IMG/VR virus record: IMGVR_UViG_2724679293_000031
Coordinates: 1-18,911 of that record
Origin: a virus
Taxonomy: Duplodnaviria; Heunggongvirae; Uroviricota; Caudoviricetes
DNA length: 18,911 nucleotides
Strand: one strand, 5' to 3'
Shown piece by piece: positions 8,088 to 15,683 of the stretch (its first letter is position 1; the number at the start of each line of letters is the position of its first letter). Under the pieces are notes generated by a model that was not told the origin of the DNA, made no database searches, and worked only from the letters and a program-made list of their open reading frames with translations. Made by a program: the position numbers and the translations under genes.

Positions 8088-8631
8088 GCATCACTGGAAA
8101 GTGGAAAAACAACCTGAGTGGTACGTGAAAGCTGTCAGAAAAACTATCGCGGCGTTGCCGGGAGGTTACGCTGAAGCTGCTGAGTGGCTGGATGTAACAG
8201 AGAACGCTTTATTCAACCGCCTTCGTGCAGATGGCGATCAGATTTTCCCGCTGGGATGGGCAATGATTTTACAGCGCGCGGCTGGCACTCACTACATTGC
8301 GGATGCTGTCGCACAGTCTGCTGGTGGGGTGTTTGTATCGCTTCCTGAAATTGAGGAAGTAGAGAACGCCGATATAAACCAGCGCCTGCTGGAAGCCATC
8401 GAACAGATCGGGAGTTACTCAAAGCAGATTCGTTCGGCAATCGAAGATGGGGTAGTGGAGCCACACGAGCAGACAGCAATTAATGATGAGTTGTATCTGT
8501 CAATTTCGAAGCTCCAGGAGCATGCAGCACTGGTCTACAAAATCTTTTGCGCTCCAGAAAAGAGTGACGCCCGCGAGTGTGCAGCTCCGGGCGTCGTGGC
8601 GTTTTGTGTCTGTGGAGAAACTAACGCATGA
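8080..8631 (+). CDS. cII-position early regulatory protein (possibly YdaT-like family)
   Basis: GTG start at 8080 with AGGAGG SD 5 nt upstream, overlapping the cro stop. Position immediately after cro. Family assignment tentative. Confidence 0.5.
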   Translation: MGKHHWKVEKQPEWYVKAVRKTIAALPGGYAEAAEWLDVTENALFNRLRADGDQIFPLGWAMILQRAAGTHYIADAVAQSAGGVFVSLPEIEEVENADINQRLLEAIEQIGSYSKQIRSAIEDGVVEPHEQTAINDELYLSISKLQEHAALVYKIFCAPEKSDARECAAPGVVAFCVCGETNA

Positions 8632-8776
8632 ACAGTTTAACGGCAAATAACCGTTTGTCGCAACAGCTGGTGGTCAGCGTCGCTGAACACCTGTTGTTAC
8701 GGCATGAATGCAGATTACCAAATCACCTGGCTGTAAGTAACCACAGAGAACTTTACCTGACTGTGGGGGGCGAGTT

Positions 8777-8956
8777 GTGCAGGAACTTAACCGCTGGTTT
8801 CGTGACGGAAGAGGGCTTTATGTCCATGTTATTCGTTGGGAGCCAGAAACACAGCGCGTTATCTATCTTCGCAAAGACTACCCGCATGAGTGCTTTAGTC
8901 CTTTGTGGAAATTCAGGCGTGATTTTGTTGAGTGTGAAGGACCACCAGCATATTGA
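8777..8956 (+). CDS. small hypothetical protein (59 aa), tentative
   Basis: GTG start preceded by GGGGGG (8765-8770). Product ...ELNRWFRDGRGLYVHVIRWEPETQRVIYLRKDYPHECFSPLWKF... has protein-like composition. Just below the track cutoff and in a different frame from the track's 8628 ORF. Confidence 0.3.
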   Translation: MQELNRWFRDGRGLYVHVIRWEPETQRVIYLRKDYPHECFSPLWKFRRDFVECEGPPAY

Positions 8957-9041
8957 TTCTGCAATTCCGGGACGTTACACTGCTCAGGCACCTTATAAAG
9001 CGGGTGCCGGGATTGGCGTCCTGAAATTCGCACATGCGCAT

Positions 9042-9066
9042 AACCGCGCTTCAGCGGTTTTTTTGC
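9042..9066 (+). terminator. intrinsic terminator upstream of rha
   Basis: AACCGC-GCTTCA-GCGGTT hairpin followed by six more T residues (9060-9065). Confidence 0.45.
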
Positions 9067-9227
9067 GCACGTTTCCTCACATCCAAATTATGGTGGGGCG
9101 TGCAGGGGCATCGAAAGATGCGCCGGGGTCATGTGCGACCGGTTACGCCAACCCTGTACGTCTCACCACCTCTGTGATTGGCGTCCCATGTGGTGAGTTT
9201 TCAAAATTCGCACATGAGGATGTCACT

Positions 9228-9773
9228 ATGGCAACCACCCCTACCCAAACTCACCCTAAAATTGATGTTATCCATGGGAAGGCTGTTACCTCTTCTTTGG
9301 CCGTTGCCGAATATTTCTGCAAGCAGCACAAAAACGTTATTCAAAAAATCCAGACGCTTGAGTGCTCTGTTGAATTCACTGAGCTGAATTTTCAGCCCAG
9401 TGATTACACCGATTGCACAGGCCGCAAACTCCCTTGTTACCAAATCACCCGCGACGGTTTTGCGTTTCTTGCCATGGGCTTCACGGGTAAACGTGCTGCC
9501 CAGTTCAAAGAGGCATACATCAATGCCTTTAACCAGATGGAGAAACAGCTTTCAAATCCCTCTGTACTGAGCGACGTTGCACATAACGCCAGCGTTCTCT
9601 ATTCCTACATTTCATCAATTCATCAGGTCTGGCTGCAGCAGCTTTATCCTATGTTGGCAAAAGCCGAATCTCCGCTGGCTGTTAGCTTGTATGACTATAT
9701 TAATGATGCTTCGGCACTGGCCTGCCTCATAAATTTGTCGCTGAACCCTTCAGAGGTAAGGGGGCGCAAATGA
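9228..9773 (+). CDS. Rha-family phage regulatory protein
   Basis: Start at internal ATG 9228 with GAGGA SD. N-terminal Rha domain signature (…KAVTSSLAVAEYF…NFQPSDYTD…YQITRDGFAFLAMGFTGKRAAQFKEAYINAFNQME). Confidence 0.7.
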   Translation: MATTPTQTHPKIDVIHGKAVTSSLAVAEYFCKQHKNVIQKIQTLECSVEFTELNFQPSDYTDCTGRKLPCYQITRDGFAFLAMGFTGKRAAQFKEAYINAFNQMEKQLSNPSVLSDVAHNASVLYSYISSIHQVWLQQLYPMLAKAESPLAVSLYDYINDASALACLINLSLNPSEVRGRK

Positions 9774-9994
9774 TCCGGAATATTTTCAAACGGTTTACCA
9801 ATCAGACTTTCCGTTGTCCTCGTCCGGGTCAGTGGTACACCACACCTGCAGGGCATGTTCTACGTGTTAGCCTGGTTGACCGTGAATGTCAGAAGGTGAT
9901 TTGTGAACCGCTGGGCCGTAATTACCGCGTCAGTATGCCGCTTATAGCCTTTCGCTCCGGAAAAAACATGAAGCATCTCGGAGGTGCAGCATGA
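9770..9994 (+). CDS. small hypothetical protein (74 aa)
   Basis: ATGA overlaps at both ends (rha stop, O-like start); GAGGTAAGGGGG SD upstream. Confidence 0.5.
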   Translation: MIRNIFKRFTNQTFRCPRPGQWYTTPAGHVLRVSLVDRECQKVICEPLGRNYRVSMPLIAFRSGKNMKHLGGAA

Positions 9995-10830
9995 GTATGG
10001 AGCTGATGGTTAAAGCGATGAAAATTCGAGTGGGTAATCCATTGCGAAAACTGGTTCTGATCAAGCTGGCTGATAATGCCAGCGATCAGGGTGAGTGCTG
10101 GCCCAGCTACCAGCATATTGCTGACCAGTGCGAGATTAGCAAACGTTCTGTGATGAATCATATTGCGGCCCTTTGTGAGTCCGGGCTGGTAAAAAAAGTC
10201 ACCCGGAAAGGTGAAAAAGGTAACTCAAGTAATATCTATCTCCTTCATCTTGATGGTGCAGGAGATTCACTAGGGAGTAGTGCAAATAATTCACTATCTG
10301 GTGCAGCAAATTCACCAGGTAGTGCAGGAGTTGCACTAGGTAGTGCAGGAGTTGCACCAGGGGGTAGTGCAGGAGATTCACCCAGAACCAGTCACTCTTT
10401 TGAACCAGTCAAAGAACCAGTCAATGAACCAATAGCTGTTGGTGCATCTGCTGATGAGTCTGTGCGAGTTCGTTCAAACCGACCGGAATACTCTCCAGAG
10501 TTTGAGCAGGCATGGCTGGCATATCCCAAACGTGCTGGTGGCAATTCAAAATCTGCAGCCTTCAAAGCCTGGAAAGCCCGTTTGAATGAGGGGGTAAACC
10601 CCGAAACCATGCTGGAAGGTGTGAAACGCTACGCGGGCTGGGTATCTGCGATGGGTAACAGCGGCACACAATTTGTGAAACAGGCTGTCACGTTCTTTGG
10701 TCCGGATCGTCATTTCGAAGAATCCTGGGAAGTTCCTGCGGTATCTGTAGCCGGACGTGAGGACCCGTACTTCAAAGCCAGTTACGACAACGTGGACTAC
10801 AGCCAGATCCCGGCAGGATTCAGGGGGTGA
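9991..10830 (+). CDS. O-like replication initiation / replisome-organiser protein with HTH N-terminal domain
   Basis: GGAGG SD. N-terminal HTH typical of phage replication proteins, a Gly/Ser/Ala-rich linker encoded by tandem DNA repeats, and a conserved C-terminal region (…AWKARL…TFFGP…). Confidence 0.6.
   Translation: MSMELMVKAMKIRVGNPLRKLVLIKLADNASDQGECWPSYQHIADQCEISKRSVMNHIAALCESGLVKKVTRKGEKGNSSNIYLLHLDGAGDSLGSSANNSLSGAANSPGSAGVALGSAGVAPGGSAGDSPRTSHSFEPVKEPVNEPIAVGASADESVRVRSNRPEYSPEFEQAWLAYPKRAGGNSKSAAFKAWKARLNEGVNPETMLEGVKRYAGWVSAMGNSGTQFVKQAVTFFGPDRHFEESWEVPAVSVAGREDPYFKASYDNVDYSQIPAGFRG
10255..10433 (+). repeat. iteron-like tandem repeats inside the O-like gene (candidate phage ori)
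   Basis: About six tandem 21-24-bp units with core (A/G)GTGCAGGAG(A/T)T(T/G)CAC (10255-10383), followed by 3.5 copies of GAACCAGTCA (10385-10433). Confidence 0.45.
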
Positions 10831-10832
10831 TC

Positions 10833-11321
10833 ATGAGTCTTTTGAATGACGTTCAGAAATTCATTGAAGCCCATCCGGGGTGTACTTCCGGAGACATTGC
10901 GGATGCTTTTGCAGGTTACTCACGGCAGCGCGTTCTGCGGTCAGCAAGCAAGTTACGTCAGAGCGGGCGTGTGGCTCACCGTTGTGAAGGAGATACACGC
11001 AGACATTTCCCGCGCCTGACTGAGAGAGCGCAGGAACCGGAACCACAACCAGTTCGAGAAACCAGACCTGTGCGCAATTTCTATGTCGGCACTAACGATC
11101 CACGGGTGATTTTGTGCCTGACCCGCCAGGCGGAAGAACTGGAGTCCAGGGGCTTATACCGTCGTGCTGCAACGGTGTGGATGGCGGCATTCCGTGAAAG
11201 CCACTCCCAGCAAGAGCGAAACAATTTTCTGGCGCGTCGTGAGCGGTGCTTACGGAAAAGCAGCAAGCGCGCTGCATCGGGTGAAGAGTGGTATCTGTCA
11301 GGGAATTACGTGGGGGCTTAA
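10833..11321 (+). CDS. PerC-family (Pch-like) transcriptional regulator
   Basis: Start at ATG 10833 with GGGGG SD. ELESRGLYRRAATVW matches the recalled PerC-family signature (E-LE-x-KGLWRRAA-x-RW). Confidence 0.5.
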   Translation: MSLLNDVQKFIEAHPGCTSGDIADAFAGYSRQRVLRSASKLRQSGRVAHRCEGDTRRHFPRLTERAQEPEPQPVRETRPVRNFYVGTNDPRVILCLTRQAEELESRGLYRRAATVWMAAFRESHSQQERNNFLARRERCLRKSSKRAASGEEWYLSGNYVGA

Positions 11322-11646
11322 TGAGTAATAAATATTGCCAGGCGCTGGTGGAACTGCGGAACAAACCAGCCCATGAACTGAAGGAAGTGGGCGATCAGTG
11401 GCGCACGCCGGACAACATTTTCTGGGGAATTAACACCCTGTTTGGCCCGTTTGTTCTGGATCTGTTCACTGACGGTGATAATGCCAAATGTGCCGCGTAT
11501 TACACGGCGGAAGACAACNNNNNAAGACCTGGAAGGGACCGGCAATCAGCTACATCGGGCGCGATGAACTTGAGGCATGTGGTGAGGCCTTTCTGGCGCA
11601 GGTTCGCCAGCAGGCGGAAAAACTGGTCAGGGAGATGGCGGCATGA
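11321..11646 (+). CDS. phage DNA N6-adenine methyltransferase (Dam family), interrupted by an assembly gap
   Basis: N-terminus MSNKYCQALVELRNKPAHELKEVGDQWRTPD...FGPFVLDLFTD... is the recalled phage Dam signature. The N-run at 11519-11523 breaks the frame; a 40-codon C-terminal piece resumes in another frame and ends at TGA 11644-11646. Confidence 0.6.
11519..11523. other. assembly gap (N-run) of unknown true length
   Basis: Five N characters; reading frame before and after is inconsistent with a literal 5-nt gap. Confidence 0.9.
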
Positions 11647-11969
11647 CGACGTTAACTCAATGCCAGCAGCAGGTGCTGGATATGCTGATTTCTTACCAGA
11701 AAGAGCGTGGCTTTCCGCCAACCAATCAGGAGGTGGCAACCATGCTGGGATATCGTTCAGTGAATGCAGCGGTGGAGCATCTTCGCGCACTGGAGAAAAA
11801 AGGCGTCATCACGATAAAGCGTGGTGTGGCCCGGGGGATAACGCTTCATACCGCGGTGAAGGACGACGACAGCGAGGCGGTCGGGATTATCCGCTCACTG
11901 CTTGCCGGTGAGGAAAACGCCAGGCTGCGTGCAGCCCACTGGTTACATGAGAGGGGTCTGAAAGTATGA
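11643..11969 (+). CDS. LexA N-terminal DNA-binding-domain homologue lacking the S24 protease domain
   Basis: 108 aa; LTQCQQQVLDMLISYQKERGFPPTNQEVATMLGYRSVNAAVEHLRALEKKGVITIKRGVARGI aligns by eye with the E. coli LexA N-terminus ([63 protein letters not shown]). No Ser/Lys autocleavage region. Confidence 0.65.
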   Translation: MTTLTQCQQQVLDMLISYQKERGFPPTNQEVATMLGYRSVNAAVEHLRALEKKGVITIKRGVARGITLHTAVKDDDSEAVGIIRSLLAGEENARLRAAHWLHERGLKV

Positions 11970-12355
11970 AGCTGATTCTGCCTTTCCCGCCCAGCGTGAA
12001 CACGTACTGGCGACACCCCAACAAAGGGGCGTTTGCAGGTAAGAGCCTGATAAGCGCGGCGGGGCGCAAATTCCAGAGCGCGGCGTGTGCAGCAATAGTT
12101 GAGCAGTTACGTCGTCTGCCAAAACCAACGTCGGCACCTGCTTCAGTGGAGATCGTGTTGTTTCCTCCGGATAACCGGATCCGCGATCTGGACAACTATA
12201 ACAAGGCGCTGTTTGACGCCCTGACCCACGCGGGTGTGTGGGAAGACGACAGTCAGGTGAAAAGAATGCTGGTGGAGTGGGGACCGGTTATCCCGGAAGG
12301 GAAGGTCGAGATCACTATCAGTAAGTACGAGAAAACGGCGGGTGCAGCCGCCTGA
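11966..12355 (+). CDS. rusA: RusA-family Holliday junction resolvase
   Basis: LPFPPSVNTYWRH... and ...RDLDNYNKALFDALTHAGVWEDDSQV match conserved RusA motifs; ATGA overlap with the upstream gene. Confidence 0.8.
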   Translation: MKLILPFPPSVNTYWRHPNKGAFAGKSLISAAGRKFQSAACAAIVEQLRRLPKPTSAPASVEIVLFPPDNRIRDLDNYNKALFDALTHAGVWEDDSQVKRMLVEWGPVIPEGKVEITISKYEKTAGAAA

Positions 12356-12374
12356 TTAAGAGGAGAAACGAAGT

Positions 12375-13172
12375 ATGAATAATCTGATGGTCATTGATGG
12401 TATTGAAGTTCGTCGTGATGCTTATGGTCGTTACAGCCTGAACGATCTGCACAGGGCTGCCGGTTCTCTGGATAAGCATAAGCCTGCATTCTGGCTCCGC
12501 AATGAGCAAACTGAGCGTTTAATAAGCGAGTTGCAGATTTGCAACTCGGTCAATATAGAGCCAGTTAACGTTATTCGTGGCGGAAATAACCAGGGGACGT
12601 ATGTCTGCAAAGAACTGGTGTATGCCTATGCAATGTGGATCAGCCCGTCATTCCATCTGAAGGTGATCCGTACTTTCGACATGGTAACCAGCGCACCGGA
12701 AAAATTATCCGGACAGGCTGCTGACAAGATGCAGGCTGGTGTGATTCTGCTGGACTTTATGCGCCGGGAGTTAAATCTGTCTAACTCTTCAGTGCTTGGA
12801 GCCTGTCAGAAACTTCAGGAGGCTGTTGGCTTACCGAATCTGGCACCGCGCTATGCCATTGATGCTCCTGCTGATGCGCCTGATGGCTCAAGCCGCCCCA
12901 CGCTGTCGCTGAGTGCACTGCTGAAACAGTATGGTATCCGCCTGACGGCTAATCAGGCATATCACCAGATGGTGAAGCTGGGGATCGTCGAGCAGCGCGA
13001 ACGATACAGTCGTACCGCGATTAACAACATCAAAAAATTCTGGTCGCTGACAGCGAAAGGCTGCATGTTCGGCAAGAACATCACCAGTCCCGCAAATCCG
13101 CGCGAGACGCAGCCGCATTTCTTCGAATCCCGATTCCCTGAGCTGTTAAAGCTGCTCGATACCGTTCATTGA
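12375..13172 (+). CDS. KilA-N domain protein (antirepressor-like)
   Basis: AGGAG SD; N-terminal KilA-N-like segment (IEVRRDAYGRYSLNDLHRAAG…WLRN…QGTYVCKELVYAYAMWISPSFHLKVI). Confidence 0.65.
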   Translation: MNNLMVIDGIEVRRDAYGRYSLNDLHRAAGSLDKHKPAFWLRNEQTERLISELQICNSVNIEPVNVIRGGNNQGTYVCKELVYAYAMWISPSFHLKVIRTFDMVTSAPEKLSGQAADKMQAGVILLDFMRRELNLSNSSVLGACQKLQEAVGLPNLAPRYAIDAPADAPDGSSRPTLSLSALLKQYGIRLTANQAYHQMVKLGIVEQRERYSRTAINNIKKFWSLTAKGCMFGKNITSPANPRETQPHFFESRFPELLKLLDTVH

Positions 13173-13173
13173 G

Positions 13174-14169
13174 GTGACCGTGAGAGCACTACTGACCCCT
13201 GAAATTGCCCCGCGTATGGGGATCGTATTGTTCAGGCCAGGTTCAGAGCTGATGCCCCTGTTTATGCAGGGGCGTGTCCTGCTGGAGCCTGAGCCGGAGC
13301 GTTATTCATCTTTCGCCAGTGGTGCCGTTCCGGCGGCATCACAACCGCTGGCGGATGATCCTGCCGTTCGGGCCGTGTTCCGCAATGAGGCAGTGATCCG
13401 TCGTGCTGGTGGCGTGGAATGTCTTGAAAGCTGGTTACTTCGTGAAAAAGGCTGCCAGTGGCCTCATTCCGACTGGCACAGCGAGAACATGACCACAATG
13501 CGACACGCTCCGGGTGCAATCCGTCTGTGCTGGCACTGCGATAACCAGCTGCGCGATCAGTTCACGGAACGGCTGGAATCAATGGCAACGGATAACTGTG
13601 CCCGCTGGGTGTTGTCTGTTGTGCGTCGGGATCTCGGTTTTGATGACAGTCACGTTGTGACAATGCCGGAACTGTGCTGGTGGCTGATTCGTAATGATCT
13701 GGCGGATGCCTTACCGGAAAGTGCAGCCCGTAAGGCACTGAGATTACCGAAGCCTGTTGTGCCGTCTGTTACCCGGGAAAGTGACCTTGTGCCTTCGGTT
13801 CCTGCCACCAGCATCATCCAGGATAAGGCGAAAAAGGTGCTGGCGCTGAAAGTGGATCCGGAGTCGCCGGAGTCTTTTATGTTACGCCCAAAACGTCGCC
13901 GCTGGGTTAATGAAAAGTACACGCGCTGGGTTAAGACACAGCCGTGTGCATGTTGTGGAAAGCCCGCTGATGATCCCCACCACCTGATAGGTCACGGTCA
14001 GGGTGGAATGGGAACAAAAGCGCATGACCTTTTTGTGTTGCCTTTGTGCAGAAAGCATCACGACGAGCTGCATGCGGATACCGTGGCATTTGAAGAGAAG
14101 TATGGCTCCCAGCTGGAGCTGATATTTCGTTTTATCGATCGTGCGCTGGCAATTGGCGTGCTGGCCTGA
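13174..14169 (+). CDS. DUF968-family phage protein (HNH-like Cys/His C-terminal motif)
   Basis: C-terminal ...[20 protein letters not shown]...[12 protein letters not shown]... resembles the DUF968 signature. GTG start at 13174 is uncertain (alternative ATG at 13216). Confidence 0.55.
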   Translation: MTVRALLTPEIAPRMGIVLFRPGSELMPLFMQGRVLLEPEPERYSSFASGAVPAASQPLADDPAVRAVFRNEAVIRRAGGVECLESWLLREKGCQWPHSDWHSENMTTMRHAPGAIRLCWHCDNQLRDQFTERLESMATDNCARWVLSVVRRDLGFDDSHVVTMPELCWWLIRNDLADALPESAARKALRLPKPVVPSVTRESDLVPSVPATSIIQDKAKKVLALKVDPESPESFMLRPKRRRWVNEKYTRWVKTQPCACCGKPADDPHHLIGHGQGGMGTKAHDLFVLPLCRKHHDELHADTVAFEEKYGSQLELIFRFIDRALAIGVLA

Positions 14170-14186
14170 TTTTGTGGAGAAAGTTG

Positions 14187-14552
14187 ATGCGTGATATTCA
14201 AATGGTTCTTGAACGTTGGGGGGCATGGGTGGCAAATAATCACGAGGATGTCACCTGGTCGTCTATTGCTGCAGGATTTAAAGGACTAATCCCTTCAAAA
14301 GTAAAATCCCGCCCGCAATGTTGTGACGATGACGCGATGATCATTTGTGGATGCATGGCTCGCCTGAAAAAGAACAACAGCGATTTGCACGATTTATTAG
14401 TGGATTATTATGTAGGTGGTATGACTTTTATGGCGCTTGCCCGTAAACATGGGCGTTCTGATTGCTGGGTTGGGCGTTTATTGCAAAAGGCTGAAGGTGT
14501 AGTTGATGGCATGTTAATGATGTTAGAAATTGAGCTAGAGATGGATCGTTAG
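14187..14552 (+). CDS. late-gene antiterminator Q (phage 82 / QuuD-like family)
   Basis: Start at ATG 14187 with GGAG 7 nt upstream. [34 protein letters not shown]...[16 protein letters not shown]... matches recalled QuuD-type Q proteins. Confidence 0.65.
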   Translation: MRDIQMVLERWGAWVANNHEDVTWSSIAAGFKGLIPSKVKSRPQCCDDDAMIICGCMARLKKNNSDLHDLLVDYYVGGMTFMALARKHGRSDCWVGRLLQKAEGVVDGMLMMLEIELEMDR

Positions 14553-14594
14553 AAGACCTCTTATTGAGGGGGTAATTGAATCAGTTTAATGTGT

Positions 14595-14630
14595 GGGGAG
14601 TCGATTTATTCTCCCCATTTTATTTAATTT
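14595..14630 (+). terminator. intrinsic terminator downstream of Q
   Basis: GGGGAG-TCGATTTATT-CTCCCC hairpin followed by ATTTTATTTAATTTATTT. Confidence 0.45.
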
Positions 14631-14632
14631 AT

Positions 14633-15079
14633 TTAAGGTTTTAATTCATCAAGACGTTGTTGGATAGTGTTTTTGCTTGCGTTGTCTGTTATAGACATTT
14701 GTTGTACTTGCCCCATTGCCATTTGAGTTTCCATCCACATATCGGCCCACACTTTTGTATCGTTATTAACTTGAGCGATAGTAAATCTGACTTTTGATAC
14801 CGGGGTTGTTGAATAGGCATTGCCGATTAACATTTGTCCAAAAACAGCAGAGCCGCCTTCCAGTTCTTTACCACATATAACACTGCTGTTATCCGCGTTG
14901 TAAATTATCAACCCTCTACTATTGCAGTAATTCACAAGGGCATCTTTGACTTTATCTTTTGTCGTATTTTGATAAACCCCCTCAGGTTTTCCTGATTGAG
15001 TTTTCTTTATCAATGGTACGGAAGAAGTACAACCTGAAATGATAGTTGCGCTAAGTAATAGTACAGTCATTTTATTCAT
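14633..15079 (-). CDS. lipoprotein of unknown function (moron)
   Basis: N-terminal signal peptide with lipobox (…LLLSATIISGC-TSS); AT-rich gene in opposite orientation to the flanking phage genes. Confidence 0.65.
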   Translation of the reverse strand: MNKMTVLLLSATIISGCTSSVPLIKKTQSGKPEGVYQNTTKDKVKDALVNYCNSRGLIIYNADNSSVICGKELEGGSAVFGQMLIGNAYSTTPVSKVRFTIAQVNNDTKVWADMWMETQMAMGQVQQMSITDNASKNTIQQRLDELKP

Positions 15080-15202
15080 GTTTCTTATCCATTGTTAAGG
15101 GCATACCCACACAATTATTTTTATTGGAGATGAATAATCAACCGTTTACAATCGTAAAAAATCAAATATGCTGTTAAGAGTGGTTACTTCGCCACACAAC
15201 TT

Positions 15203-15228
15203 AAACCCGCCGCTGAGCGGTTTTTTTG
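15203..15228 (+). terminator. intrinsic terminator in a divergent intergenic region
   Basis: AAACCCGCCGCTGAGCGG followed by TTTTTTT (15221-15227). Confidence 0.45.
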
Positions 15229-15351
15229 TACCTGTAAACCTGGTGCAGTACAGTAAACACGCTGGTGGTCGTGAATACTGGCTTTTTATCTTGCTGGCTT
15301 TTTAGACAAGAGTTATTGGTATGTCACGTTAACCGGAAAGGGTAAAAAGAC

Positions 15352-15549
15352 ATGCTGAAACAGCAGGATATGACAGAAACCGCCAGAGTTGTGTTTGATG
15401 AATTAAGCGTTACCGAACCGGCGACAGTCGGGGAGATTGCGCAGAATACTTACCTTTCACGCGAACGCTGCCAGTTAATACTGACCCAGCTTGTTATGGC
15501 GGGTCTGGCAGACTATCAGTGCGGTTGTTACAGACGCCTTCAGTCCTGA
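15352..15549 (+). CDS. FaeA/PapI-like small winged-helix regulator (tentative)
   Basis: 65-aa ORF; pattern ...TARVVFDELSVTEPATVGEIAQNTYLSRERCQLILTQLVMAGL resembles PapI/FaeA-family proteins (recalled). Confidence 0.45.
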   Translation: MLKQQDMTETARVVFDELSVTEPATVGEIAQNTYLSRERCQLILTQLVMAGLADYQCGCYRRLQS

Positions 15550-15617
15550 AGGCTTTTTATTTGTGGTGAATGGGCGGCTGGTGGGGGGGCGACACCTGTC
15601 AGTCCTTTGCTTATGTG

Positions 15618-15648
15618 TTGATGATAATTTACCTTTTGGGGCTATAAT
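15618..15648 (+). promoter_or_regulatory. candidate sigma70 promoter upstream of the AraC-family gene
   Basis: Perfect TATAAT at 15643-15648 with TTGATG about 19 nt upstream; the spacer is longer than optimal. Confidence 0.3.
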
Positions 15649-15683
15649 TGAGCTAACCAATTGCTAATGAAAGTAAAATTATA

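Noticed and set aside
8628-9773. Single 381-aa ORF in the track spanning the interval upstream of rha plus rha
   Set aside because: The Rha domain starts at an internal ATG with its own SD; the upstream 200 codons are not protein-like and contain an intrinsic terminator. Called as rha (9228-9773) plus an ambiguous upstream interval.
10255-10433. Tandem repeats as a CRISPR array
   Set aside because: Units are 21-24 bp and contiguous without unique spacers, and lie in-frame inside a replication-initiator gene; this is an iteron or linker pattern.
11288-11911. 207-aa track ORF reading through the N-run
   Set aside because: Frame after the gap is unrelated (Arg/Gly-rich); the real Dam C-terminus resumes in another frame and ends at 11646.
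11887-12195. Minus-strand ORFs antisense to rusA (11887-12195, 11943-12137)
   Set aside because: Antisense within a confidently identified RusA gene.
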